Sequence record: NC_070952.1
Strand: one strand, 5' to 3'
Length of the DNA stretch: 64,000 bases
Shown: positions 1-10,600 of the stretch, one piece after another
Position numbering within the stretch: position 1 is the first letter of the stretch
Layout: every line of letters begins with the position of its first letter
Position numbers and translations under genes: made by a program
The notes under the pieces: generated by a model
Database searches by the model: none
Seen by the model: only the letters and a program-made list of their open reading frames with translations
What the model was told of the DNA's origin: nothing

Positions 1-336
1 AACTTCTTAGGGCCTAACCCAGCCAGTTTCAAACGTCTGATCGAAGTGGTGTCTTATTTAAACATCTATACGGTGACTAATAAAGCAGACACCCCTTTTA
101 AATTAGTGCTTCCCCGTTTAGCTAAACGAATTGTTAAGGCTGATTTTACAGGGGCGACTAAAGATGACGTACGAGAAGGGTTGAAGAAATGTCCTTTCCT
201 GGATCTGAATGGGTTTGATTTAGATACTCTTACCTGGGATGCAAATGACGGAATCCTCATTGCGTTGTATATTGCAGTGCAATATTACAAAGATTTAGGT
301 TGGGACGTGTTCGATGGCACCTGCCTTAAAAGTTAG
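1..336 (+). CDS. RuvC-like Holliday junction resolvase, C-terminal part (5' end outside window)
   Basis: Frame is open from base 1 (NFLGPNPASFKRLIEVVSYL...). RLAKRIVKADFTGATKDDV and DANDGILIA resemble the RuvC 'K..vtG.g.A.K.qV' and 'DA.AiA' motifs. Confidence 0.5.
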   Translation, partial: NFLGPNPASFKRLIEVVSYLNIYTVTNKADTPFKLVLPRLAKRIVKADFTGATKDDVREGLKKCPFLDLNGFDLDTLTWDANDGILIALYIAVQYYKDLGWDVFDGTCLKS

Positions 337-988
337 AACCAAATACGAAGTTAAACCTTGGGATCGTATACCGGTTGTACTCCGGGCGCTCTCTGGGTTT
401 AACTCGTGCTTAACAGTGTCCGTAATGAGTGTCGTCTTTATCTGGTCTGTGCATTTAAGTGTAACGACCGGTAAAGCCACATGGCCTGAGTTCATGACCG
501 GTTTGTTAATGATCATCGGACCTATCATTATTACGATCAACTTTGTTAATGCAAAATCTATTATTTCAACTATCGTGGGTGTGACCGATGAAGTAGAAGG
601 ACGACCAATAGGTGACAGTACGGTAATACCGACTCAACCCTCTGTTATGGTGGCGTCTGCTACGGGAATTGTTTCACAACACGACATTGCCTTTGAGCGT
701 GAAATCGTTGGACCAACAACAGTTCTACTAAGGGCCATTGCTGGTACAGTCTCCACGCATGTTATTTGTTTTTGCAGTTTGTTGTTTACCTGGACCATTC
801 ACGATTCAATGATTGCTGGTAATTCCCTTCCTGGCGATGCCCAGTTGTTTATGGTGGTGATTGGACCGATTATAACATCTTGGAATTTTGTTCGTGCTAA
901 CGCGACATTAAACGCGGTTATCAAAGGAACCAGTGCAATTAACGTATGGCGAGACCGACTTGCAAACATGTTATCAACACAGAAATAA
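314..988 (+). CDS. Integral membrane protein, about 4 TM, built from two internal repeats
   Basis: Four hydrophobic segments; the repeat F.W..H.S...G......IGPII...NFV.A occurs twice. Confidence 0.75.
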   Translation: MAPALKVRTKYEVKPWDRIPVVLRALSGFNSCLTVSVMSVVFIWSVHLSVTTGKATWPEFMTGLLMIIGPIIITINFVNAKSIISTIVGVTDEVEGRPIGDSTVIPTQPSVMVASATGIVSQHDIAFEREIVGPTTVLLRAIAGTVSTHVICFCSLLFTWTIHDSMIAGNSLPGDAQLFMVVIGPIITSWNFVRANATLNAVIKGTSAINVWRDRLANMLSTQK

Positions 989-994
989 ACATAC

Positions 995-1025
995 TACTCT
1001 ACCTCCCACAACGGGAGGTAGAGTA
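995..1025. terminator. Bidirectional intrinsic terminator between convergent genes
   Basis: 13-bp stem tactctacctccc/gggaggtagagta with a 5-nt loop. Confidence 0.75.
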
Positions 1026-1036
1026 TATATGCTGTT

Positions 1037-1567
1037 TTATTTTTTATTAAGTAAAGCTTTAGCGTCGTCCGTAACCTTATTAACCACTTTGTCTTTAAGA
1101 CTAATCTCGGTAGCCTTGTCATCATTTAAATTATCAATGATCGCAGTGACATTCCCGGAAAGTTTATCTACAACCTGATTGAGTAGATTGATCTTTTCAT
1201 TAGCGGCATCAAGTTCTTTAGTTGTGGTGATCAGTACTAAACGAGTTTCCCGATAACACCCACCAAAGTCGGCTTGGGTCTGACAGTCATTATTAGTAAG
1301 ATAGTAATCTAACTTAGCGGCATTAGACTCTCTGGGTTTCCAGTCTTTCGTATACACGTTAGACGGTATATCAATGAGACTGTCCTTTAGATTCGCTAAC
1401 TGGCTTTTGTACAGATCCATTCTTGCTATTTGCGTCTTTGCTTCCACGTACGTTCCCGCTTCCGAGATTGTTGTTTTGTGGCTGCACCCCATTACCGTAA
1501 AGATCATCAAGAGTAAGCTCATTGTTTTGAGCATTCCCATAACCATACTTTTCATACATTGTCCCAT
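1037..1567 (-). CDS. Lipoprotein, putative o-spanin (Rz1-like); true start may be a slightly downstream Met
   Basis: Signal peptide ends in lipobox VMG-C, followed by a coiled-coil. It overlaps the 3' end of the upstream TM gene in another frame. Confidence 0.6.
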   Translation of the reverse strand: MGQCMKSMVMGMLKTMSLLLMIFTVMGCSHKTTISEAGTYVEAKTQIARMDLYKSQLANLKDSLIDIPSNVYTKDWKPRESNAAKLDYYLTNNDCQTQADFGGCYRETRLVLITTTKELDAANEKINLLNQVVDKLSGNVTAIIDNLNDDKATEISLKDKVVNKVTDDAKALLNKK

Positions 1568-1817
1568 AATTTTGATTACGATCTAGTTCACCTCGGGACG
1601 CCTTGGATTGTAGATCATTAAACCAGTTACGCTGTGCGTCAGCGAGTTTAGTCATGTTATCTGAAGCTACCCCTAACTTATCTACTACAGTTGCGAGGCG
1701 CTCAACAGTGGCTTTATCCAGGTTACTGTCCGGTTTAAAGATGAGGTAACCGCCGATCATAAATGCAATGATCCATAAGGCGATTGTACTCAGTGCTTTC
1801 AGTTTTTCATCCATCAT
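1371..1817 (-). CDS. Putative i-spanin (Rz-like)
   Basis: Single N-terminal TM, then a helical periplasmic region. The low-complexity tail lies in the overlap with the lipoprotein gene. Confidence 0.55.
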   Translation of the reverse strand: MMDEKLKALSTIALWIIAFMIGGYLIFKPDSNLDKATVERLATVVDKLGVASDNMTKLADAQRNWFNDLQSKASRGELDRNQNYGTMYEKYGYGNAQNNELTLDDLYGNGVQPQNNNLGSGNVRGSKDANSKNGSVQKPVSESKGQSH

Positions 1818-3037
1818 GAAGCCTTTAATGAAATACCGTGAATCTTAAACATCCACCCTCTCGATAACGTTCCGGGGTCACCTTGGTTAACGGCATCATT
1901 TAGTAAGACGTTACCACCCAGTGCACCGGCAGTCATGAACGGGTATTTGTTATAGACTCGTAGGTCGTGGTTTAACAAACGTTGTTTGATTCCGTAGCTA
2001 CGAATATACGGAGTCGGGAACATCCCATTGTCTAGCACTACTGGATGTTGGAACGTTTCAGTGGTGTGCAAGGCGTTAGGATAGTGGAAGGTAGTCAATG
2101 GTGTTACATCGATCCCTAAGCTTGGGTTGTCAACGATCACAAAGAAACTGTTATGCGCCGTTAATGCCTGGCGTTTATAAGCTTCAAAGTTAGCGAGGAC
2201 AGTTAATTTCGGAGTACGTGTATACCCCTTATAATTGAGGTAGTGATGTGCAACATCAAACGCCCCCAAATCAATTGCCACACGATCTTCGGCAATTCGA
2301 TACACTATGCTTGGATCAACCATGAACTGACCATTCACCACGATATAGATTGTTTTACCAACAATATCGGTTAATTGGCAAGACCAACGTTTACCACCAT
2401 CAAAAGTTTCTTCTAATAAAAGATCATCGGTAATCGGAACCGTTTTGACTTTTCCTAACTTTTCGAAATTTAATGCACCAATGCGAAGATCATTACGGTG
2501 TTTAATGTAATCTAATCCCGCACCTTTTAAGAAGATACCATCACTACGGGAAACCGATCGCATGAATACCCCGTTCACTGTAAACAGCGAGTAATCATTG
2601 ATCTTACCGTAATCGAGGTTATGATACATATAGTGTTCAATACGAACATCAGGAGCCATATCTGAAAACAAATCGGCTTGCCTATCATTTGCAAGATTTA
2701 AATCAGCCGGATAATGGAAATACCCATAAGTGAATATCCTTTCCAGTTTAACATACTGGTACGTGTCGCCTGGGAAGACCCCTGCTGACTTAAGGTTATT
2801 TTCATTTTGGGATGTTAACCACTCCCCGATATCCATTGACGGATTGGCGGCGAAAGAAAAGCGATAATCTTCAAGAGAGATAGACATGTCAACTTTATAA
2901 AAGCCATCATTAATGACAATATAAAGAATGTCAAACAGTTTCTCTAAATCCGCTACACTATAGTCTTTGATATCCACAATGTGGTAACCTGGTCTATAGT
3001 TTTTATATCGCCCCACCGAATATTTATAAGTATACAT
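1814..3037 (-). CDS. Hypothetical protein, probable virion/baseplate structural protein
   Basis: 407-aa ORF adjacent to the tail gene cluster; its stop overlaps the next start (ATGA). Confidence 0.6.
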   Translation of the reverse strand: MYTYKYSVGRYKNYRPGYHIVDIKDYSVADLEKLFDILYIVINDGFYKVDMSISLEDYRFSFAANPSMDIGEWLTSQNENNLKSAGVFPGDTYQYVKLERIFTYGYFHYPADLNLANDRQADLFSDMAPDVRIEHYMYHNLDYGKINDYSLFTVNGVFMRSVSRSDGIFLKGAGLDYIKHRNDLRIGALNFEKLGKVKTVPITDDLLLEETFDGGKRWSCQLTDIVGKTIYIVVNGQFMVDPSIVYRIAEDRVAIDLGAFDVAHHYLNYKGYTRTPKLTVLANFEAYKRQALTAHNSFFVIVDNPSLGIDVTPLTTFHYPNALHTTETFQHPVVLDNGMFPTPYIRSYGIKQRLLNHDLRVYNKYPFMTAGALGGNVLLNDAVNQGDPGTLSRGWMFKIHGISLKAS

Positions 3038-3073
3038 GCGTTAAAAAACCCTTTTTTCAGAGGAACATAATTA

Positions 3074-3835
3074 ATGTCAAATGATGCAAAACTTCAGGTA
3101 CTCGGCAAGATCACGTATGCTTGGAATCCGTTCCAGGACAATGTGGCAAACCGAATCACTGGTGAAGAGCAGCAGGCTGACGCGAACGGTGCAGGAATTA
3201 TTGTTCCACGATGCGGTCCGTTCTTTAGTCGCAATGTTGTCATCAGATTAAAAGAGTCCGGTCGCGCACTCTCTTTCGAAGCTGGTGAGTATTCTTTCCT
3301 TTACCCGTTCGGTGCGTTTAATGAACGCTACAACCGTTTAGCCTGGGGCGCTATTCAGATTAAAGGGGTCAGTGATCCTGCTGATTTCGAAATCGATTAC
3401 GACACCATTGGTGGTGATTTCGTTCTGAGCGATCTGGCTTATGCTGAGGCAGTGGCTAACCAGTTAACCTCTCCACGTACCACGGATTGGAATAACATCG
3501 TTAACTTGCCGCTGGTGTGGCCTGCTGACCCTCATCAACATCCTGCATCAGATACCATGAACTACGGTGACCTGATTGTCTGGATGCGTTCTTATATGGA
3601 CGCGATTACCCAGAACCCGGATGCCACGTGGATGAGTCGTTTCCAGGAACATTTGGAAGCCGATCTTCAGAAAGCACATAAAGCCAGCCTTGTCATGTTG
3701 GGTGTGAACAACCTGGAAGATTGGGCAATGGCCGTAGCACCGGGTGACATTCAGGGCAACGCCATGGATCTGTTGGTCAACGTCTCTTTCTGTAAAGCAC
3801 TGATTCGCGGTTATAATACCGGTGAATGGCAATAA
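3074..3835 (+). CDS. Virion structural protein; short paralog of the tail-fibre N-terminal domain
   Basis: IVP..GPFF, W..I.N.P..WP..PH.H motifs are shared with the N-termini of 3890 and 7639. Confidence 0.7.
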   Translation: MSNDAKLQVLGKITYAWNPFQDNVANRITGEEQQADANGAGIIVPRCGPFFSRNVVIRLKESGRALSFEAGEYSFLYPFGAFNERYNRLAWGAIQIKGVSDPADFEIDYDTIGGDFVLSDLAYAEAVANQLTSPRTTDWNNIVNLPLVWPADPHQHPASDTMNYGDLIVWMRSYMDAITQNPDATWMSRFQEHLEADLQKAHKASLVMLGVNNLEDWAMAVAPGDIQGNAMDLLVNVSFCKALIRGYNTGEWQ

Positions 3836-3842
3836 TCCTAAC

Positions 3843-3869
3843 CTTAACTGGGGTTCGTCCCCAGTTAAG
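3843..3869 (+). terminator. Stem-loop, putative terminator
   Basis: cttaactgggg-ttcgt-ccccagttaag. Confidence 0.6.
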
Positions 3870-3889
3870 TCTTATAAGGTCTTTGTACA

Positions 3890-6800
3890 ATGATCAAAGA
3901 AGATATTCCTTTATATAAACTTGATCTCACCGGGACATCGAAATTTAACCTGGTGTTACAAGAACCCAAAAGCAGAACCGAGGTTGTTAACAACCAAATC
4001 TTTATTCCACCAAAAGGTCCGTTCTATCAGAAGTCTTTTAAGATGTTTGATAATTCAGGCAAACCATTAGTGGAAGGGGAAGACTACGAGTTCTACGGTA
4101 TCATGGCGAAGTTAACCCAGTATACCGGTAAGCCTGTCGGGTTGTTTGTTCGAATTCTGAAAGACAGTATTGTTGATTGGAAAATGGATTACCAGGTAGT
4201 GGGTAACTTTAATGTTATCACCAATGAAATCCTGAACATGTTACAAAGCATCTACCAAGATGACCGTTATGTGATGTGGGACAATATCGACAACAAGCCA
4301 TTGTGGTACATTCCCGATCTTCATCAACATGACTTGGCGTATGATATTTTTGGGTTCACTGATTTGGTTAAAGAACTGAATCGTGTCGCCACCTATGTTA
4401 CCGCAACCAGCTCAGCAACCGAATTTATGTTGCAAAGTTTCCAAGATCACTTGGCGGTGTACATCGACGGTTATAAAGATATCTTAACCAAGATGCTGAA
4501 CCGTCACATTGGTAACAAAACAGATGCACATGGTGTAAACAAAGCAGGTATCGGGTTAGCTAATGTCGCTAACGTTCGTGTCGCCACTTTAGACGAGACT
4601 TTAGACGGTACCCGTGACGATTTACGCATTACGGTTTACAACGCTGCTAAAGCCGCTGAAGCATCCTCAGGACGTAACGACAAACTCTTCCCATCTGGTT
4701 CATTACCTATTTTGCGTTATGGGTCAGATACCTTTATTCCTCCTACCATTGGTGGAAGCTTTGAAGGGCTGGGCGGAACCTCTCGTCGCAGCGGAGCCAT
4801 TGTTGAAACTGACGGCACTCTGTTAGTGATGACTCACCGCAATAACGGTAAGTACCGTGGCCTGTATTTCACCCGTTGTGTAAACTGGCAAGAAGCCTCC
4901 CCGAATTACGACTTCACATCGTATCTTTATCAACACCCAACAGCCACCGCGGCTGGCGCTACCCTCGATACTATTATTAACGGATCTAACCGTTACATCA
5001 TGGTTGTCGGTGATCGTGCCAAGAACTTGTGGTGGTGGTGTGAAACTCACGGGACCTTTAACCCAGACCGTCACACCTTGATTCCGTTATCGGGTGAGTG
5101 GGTAAGCCAGGATATGGCTGCCCCGTACAATATCTCTGATGTGTACGAAATTTCCAGTCTGGCATGTGTCCTTGCAGATCAGAACTACGCTGACTATTGG
5201 TCACTGGTCCAACCGTACCAGATTGCTGAGTTCATTAAACGTCGGCCTACCCAGTATCCAGATTACGATACCCTTGGCGGTGTGGTGTGGGGGAATGGTG
5301 CGATTATCAATGCCGGTGCAAGCTTTAATATCGTTGCAGGAAAATCGGGAACAATCAAACGTGCGATTGTGGATTTCACCCACCCTATCTTTGGTAACTT
5401 CAAAGATAAGTACTGGTCACCGTGGTTACCAAAAGTTGAAAACATTAATGGCAGTTATGTTACCACCTCGGCGTATGCTAAATACGATCCACCGATTGTT
5501 AACGTATTAAACTTCCGTTCTATTTTTGCTTACTGGTTAAACAACGGAAACTTTGGTGAGTATTCTTTCCGTTACGAACACATCGGTCAGAACTCGGGAC
5601 TTAACATGTCCCTTCAAAACCAAGTTGTGTATCGTGCCACGCTGAAGATTACCCGTAACGGTAATGATTTTACTGTGGTGGTTGACCCTGCAGCAGGCTG
5701 TAAAGATCTTTACACGATTGATATCAGTAATAAGACTGTCAAAGATTATGACCTGTATATCAAAAATATGACAACCAGTTTCATTGCGGCCAAAGATCTT
5801 GATCAGGTAGGTAGCACGGTATTGACTGGTGGGTATGTGCAATTCAGTCAAGGCACTGCAGGTACGTCATTCCCTCCGGCGTATACAGTGGGCAAAGCAA
5901 CGTTCCTGGAATCCGCCCAGGCTTTGTTGTTACCACCTAACGGGGAAGCCAATTTCGACCTGAACTATGATCACCTTACGTTCACTGAAACAAACCCATT
6001 AGGAATGGCGACGCAGTTTTCCACGCAACGTCTCCTTTCGGCCAGTGATACTGATTATACTAAGGCCGGTTATTTGGTCCGTCAGTTTATTGGGACAACC
6101 CCTCAGTGGTTCTTTAGACCGACCGCGTACATGAATGCCAACTGGGACCATGTGCCACCGCCGTTGACCAGTAGTTTTAGTGGAAGAAATCTTCAGCACT
6201 ATCCGTTTACTCCCACCGGCTATACATGCACAATGGGCTTCCAAGTATTCCCAGGAACTCAGATGCCAATTGTTGGGGCGAACAACAGCACTAACCAGAA
6301 GAAATTCTTGGGTGCAACGTGCGACACAACCATCACCGGGATCCCGCCAACGGATAACCCTAATGGTGTTGGTAGGGCATTGGGTGACAGCATCCTCCCT
6401 TACGAGGTTTCCACTAAACTTGTAGACGGAGTAATGACCGTAACGCCGACCATTGCGATCGATCTTAAAACTGCATTGACAAATGTCATTGTTCCGGCAT
6501 TTGCAGCAGCAGGGATCAGTGAGTACTACACCAGAGAAACATGGGCTGTCCATTTGGCGTTAAACCCAACTGGTGAATGGCATGCAATCTGGGTCGTATT
6601 CTCAATGAATGCACCTGATCAAGTAATGGCAGCGATGGTTACAACGCTGACCCCAACTGGTACACCGACTCAGCAAAACGGATACGCACTTTATCCTAAT
6701 GCCGGTGTGACTCAGAAGTCGGCGGTTAAGACGTTACTCAGAACACCTGTTGGTCCGAATAACGCATTAAGCCATCCGCGGTATAATGTTGGAAATGGCG

Positions 6801-7576
6801 CCAGTATTCCTTTCTTCCTGGGAACACCTTATAAAGGGACAATCAGTGGAGCTAAGGATCTCTCAGCGTACAGTGTCATCATGAATACCTCGACACGCTT
6901 CAATACTTACGGTGGCGGCATGCCAACTCCGTTCGTGATGGAGATCAAAGCTGACGGTTCTGAGATAACCAAACTTGGGTTCGTCTTTATCCAAGATTTC
7001 GGTGGGGACAACACTGTGTCAGGTTCTCCTTATTATGGACCCGGTAATGCGGCAAACGGCGCAACCATCTTTGAAGGCGCAGCTATCGCATCTACCATCT
7101 ATGATCAGGAACGAGGGATCTACGACAGTGTGATTGGTGGAAACTTCTCAAGCGTGTTTGAAATCGGGATGAGCAACATTCTTACCCCGCAATTCACAGT
7201 GTATTTCCAGCAAGTCTTGAACGTATTGATCGCTGGCAAGATGTACGACATTCCTGCAACGTACATTGATATCTTGACCATTGACTCCAGTCCTGCAAAT
7301 AAAACGTTCTACGTCTATCTGCAGTATTCCAGTGGACAAGGTGTCTATGCTATCACGCGAGATGTCCGACCTGAATCCAGTTCCCAAGCATTGATCGCTA
7401 AAGTTATTTGCGGACCAACACAGATTGACCGTATTGAACCGTATAACCGGTTTACTATGGACGGAGCACAAGTCTCAGCGAAACGTGAAGGTTCCGCTAT
7501 TCTGGCATCTTCCGGTTCTGTGTTTGATATTGGGGACACTTCAACCATTTTGTTGAACACTGACTTCATTTCATAA
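3890..7576 (+). CDS. Tail fibre/baseplate protein, phiKZ gp131-like family (1228 aa)
   Basis: Family N-terminal domain, H...AHGV.K..IGL..V.N fibre motif, PP.I.GSFEGLGG motif, beta-rich body and shared C-terminal domain. Confidence 0.7.
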   Translation: MIKEDIPLYKLDLTGTSKFNLVLQEPKSRTEVVNNQIFIPPKGPFYQKSFKMFDNSGKPLVEGEDYEFYGIMAKLTQYTGKPVGLFVRILKDSIVDWKMDYQVVGNFNVITNEILNMLQSIYQDDRYVMWDNIDNKPLWYIPDLHQHDLAYDIFGFTDLVKELNRVATYVTATSSATEFMLQSFQDHLAVYIDGYKDILTKMLNRHIGNKTDAHGVNKAGIGLANVANVRVATLDETLDGTRDDLRITVYNAAKAAEASSGRNDKLFPSGSLPILRYGSDTFIPPTIGGSFEGLGGTSRRSGAIVETDGTLLVMTHRNNGKYRGLYFTRCVNWQEASPNYDFTSYLYQHPTATAAGATLDTIINGSNRYIMVVGDRAKNLWWWCETHGTFNPDRHTLIPLSGEWVSQDMAAPYNISDVYEISSLACVLADQNYADYWSLVQPYQIAEFIKRRPTQYPDYDTLGGVVWGNGAIINAGASFNIVAGKSGTIKRAIVDFTHPIFGNFKDKYWSPWLPKVENINGSYVTTSAYAKYDPPIVNVLNFRSIFAYWLNNGNFGEYSFRYEHIGQNSGLNMSLQNQVVYRATLKITRNGNDFTVVVDPAAGCKDLYTIDISNKTVKDYDLYIKNMTTSFIAAKDLDQVGSTVLTGGYVQFSQGTAGTSFPPAYTVGKATFLESAQALLLPPNGEANFDLNYDHLTFTETNPLGMATQFSTQRLLSASDTDYTKAGYLVRQFIGTTPQWFFRPTAYMNANWDHVPPPLTSSFSGRNLQHYPFTPTGYTCTMGFQVFPGTQMPIVGANNSTNQKKFLGATCDTTITGIPPTDNPNGVGRALGDSILPYEVSTKLVDGVMTVTPTIAIDLKTALTNVIVPAFAAAGISEYYTRETWAVHLALNPTGEWHAIWVVFSMNAPDQVMAAMVTTLTPTGTPTQQNGYALYPNAGVTQKSAVKTLLRTPVGPNNALSHPRYNVGNGASIPFFLGTPYKGTISGAKDLSAYSVIMNTSTRFNTYGGGMPTPFVMEIKADGSEITKLGFVFIQDFGGDNTVSGSPYYGPGNAANGATIFEGAAIASTIYDQERGIYDSVIGGNFSSVFEIGMSNILTPQFTVYFQQVLNVLIAGKMYDIPATYIDILTIDSSPANKTFYVYLQYSSGQGVYAITRDVRPESSSQALIAKVICGPTQIDRIEPYNRFTMDGAQVSAKREGSAILASSGSVFDIGDTSTILLNTDFIS

Positions 7577-7588
7577 AACATAAAAAAC

Positions 7589-7618
7589 TAATAGAGCGAT
7601 CTTTTGATCGCTCTATTA
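7589..7618 (+). terminator. Intrinsic terminator
   Basis: taatagagcgatc-tttt-gatcgctctatta followed by a T-rich tract. Confidence 0.75.
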
Positions 7619-7638
7619 TTTATTTTATCGAGGTTTAG

Positions 7639-10600
7639 ATGAAAGATATTCAATTAATCGACATTGACTACTCAGGAAAGAACACTGAGTATAAAAAGGA
7701 AGACACGGTCGATTTGTCCAAAATCTCTTCACCTTGGATTGTACCAGAAGAAGGTCCGTTCTATAAAGACTCTCTGCGTGTTATCAAAGGTGGACTGGAT
7801 ATTGATTCTGATAAGTTCAAAGCGGTATCGGATGTTACTGATTTAACAAAGCTAACCGGACGCGGTGTTTGTCTGTACGTAGAACTTGCTGATGACATTT
7901 TAGCAAGTAAAGGAGAAGTAACCGTTATTTACCAGAAAGTGGGTAAACCTGTTATTTCTGTTAAGACATTACTCCAGATGCTCGAAGATATGGTCATCGA
8001 TGGGAAACCCGTTGATTGGGACACTCAGGTTGGCAACAAACCTGGTAGTGTCTGGCCAGCATTGCATTCTCACGATATTCAAAACCCAAATGAGTTAGTG
8101 GGTTTTGGTGGACTGGTTGAGCTGTTTACCTTATTCACCAACACACAGATCACTGACTCCGGTAAAGCGGTTGAGATTCTGGAAAAAGTTCAGACGGAGA
8201 TGTATACCCGTTTAGACTATATTCAGAAACTGAAGTGGGGTGCAATTATGGATCACGTCCGTAATTACAACAACCCACACGGTGTGGTCCCCGCGGATGT
8301 TGATGCAGACAAGTTATCCAACTTCTTCTTGGCAACACCCCAGCAAGACGCTGAAGGGTTGCGTAGTGATCTGTACTCAACACCATTGGGTCTCGATCGG
8401 TTAATCAGCGAGACTCAACCGGTTACTGAGAACTTCATTGTTCAGGCTGAGTTACCATTTGGGTATTACGGTTCCGGGATTTATCTTCCCCCTCCTATTA
8501 CTGGTTCATTTGAAGGACTGGGTGGAGATTCAGAAAACTCTGCATTTAACCTGGAAGGTAATGGTTGGTTGGTGTGCCTGTTCCGTGCATTTGATGGACG
8601 TGTTAAGAATCTGTATTACGCGTATAAAACCGATTTCACCGATCGTGATGGAACCCGTACTCCGTGGCTGGATACCTATGTTCAGTATCAACATCCAACC
8701 ATCGCTGCTGCGAATAAAACTGCCAATATAACTATTGACGGTTCAGATGGTAATGTACTGATGTTGGGTGACCAACCAGACCCGAAAGGCAATATTACCG
8801 GTAACGGTAATTGGTGGATTTGTGCCGCTAACTCAACTTTCGATCCAAACAGCCATACATTAAAACCTGTTACCATTCAACCGGTACTCGATCGCTGTAT
8901 GGCGGTTGCCGGTGTGACCGCTCGGCCTTCTTGCTTTAAAATCAGTAAAGTGGGTGACTGGGTGTATCTGTTCGCAACCCTCAGTAGTTTTACCGGGGAT
9001 GACAGCTGGCCTGCCAGTAACCCAAGTTGGCGGTCAGATAACTGGCAGACATTGATGTTCCGCTTCCCGTATAAAGACCTTTTGGATGATACTAAAACGT
9101 CAATAAGTTTCACCAGCGTTAATGTGACTTATGACACATTGTGGCGGGAACGTAAAACGGGTAAGCCAAACTTCATTCCTCAGCGTGTGGTGTTCTCAGA
9201 TATTGCGAATGGTCTTGCAACAGAGTTTGTGAATAAAACATCTAAACCCATTGATAACCAATCTTACTTGAACCGTAAGAAGTCCTGGATCATTGTTGCT
9301 AATCCGAACAACCCAGCACAAGCTAGATTGAAATTGATGATGTCGCCTTTCTGCTCATACACGGACCCTGCTACAAAAGGTCAGCGTGCATTCCAGGGCA
9401 ACATCGTTGCAACCTACGATTGGGATGTGGTGAATAATGTACTCACGTTGAGTTCCAATTTTAGTATGCCAACACTAAATATGGACTCCGGTGGATACGT
9501 TAGTCCGACTCAGCAGCAATTGGATTACGCCATCAATGACAAGTTGGCAAACTTTGTTATCGGGTATGTTGATGTAAACGGTTCTTGGATTCCGGGGTAT
9601 GGGTACATGGTAATGAACTCAGCTCAGACAGGGTCACCACCTTATACGTTCAGAGCCAATCAGTTCAATCGAGATGGTGACATCAGTAAAGATTACGCGT
9701 CAATGGTTCTCCCTAATACATGGACCACCGATAACGGCATTCCTAGTGTATGGGCCCAGCAATTTAAAATGCGTTCTCCTTTCGGTGTTGCTGGTTTCCC
9801 TCGAATGTTCTCAGACCTGTACGCATTAACCACAGGTGTAAGAACCGTTCCGATCGAAGTATTCCGAGCAACGAATGAAAACCAAACCGAGCAGATGTTC
9901 TACCGTATTACAGAAGGTGGGACTGACGACGGGTATGATAAGCGTGATGCGCTCCAGTCGGATTTCATTAGCTTCCCCATTTATGGAAGAAAAACGAACT
10001 CTAACTTTGGCACGGTCCAAGGATTAACTGCCGACATCGGTTACGCCAACCGCCCTAAGCGTAAGAATGCAACCAGTCGTCAAGTGGGGATGTTCAGTTG
10101 GTATCGTCAAGGTATCGATAAGAACCCAGGTGCAGCATTTAACTATTCCCAGACAACAACGACCGGTGCTACTGTTGTGACTAACTCTCCACAGTCTGAT
10201 GGTAGTTTGGTAATCAACCTGGATTTAGATTACAGCTTGGATACTCTTGCTAAGGTATTAACCGCAAAAGCCAATCCGGCTAAACAGGTTCGTATCCCAC
10301 GTTCCGTCTATGTCGATATGGTAATGAATGCCTTGGGTGTTCACGCCAACAGTCTTATCGATCTCTGTGTGGACTTCTTTATTGGACAAGTTCCTGGGTC
10401 TGGTGGTGATCAAGTTTATTCTTTCTGGTCGGCAACATATCACTTAACAGGGTCCCCTGCTTCTGGTCGTATGATTATTGGTCAGTTCACATGGGATGTC
10501 GCATCAACTGGTGCGGATGGAATTCGGGTACTTAAAGTGGTTGGGTTAAATTATCCATTTAAGAGTGCTGGAAACTACTCCCCATCCCCTGCTAACAATC

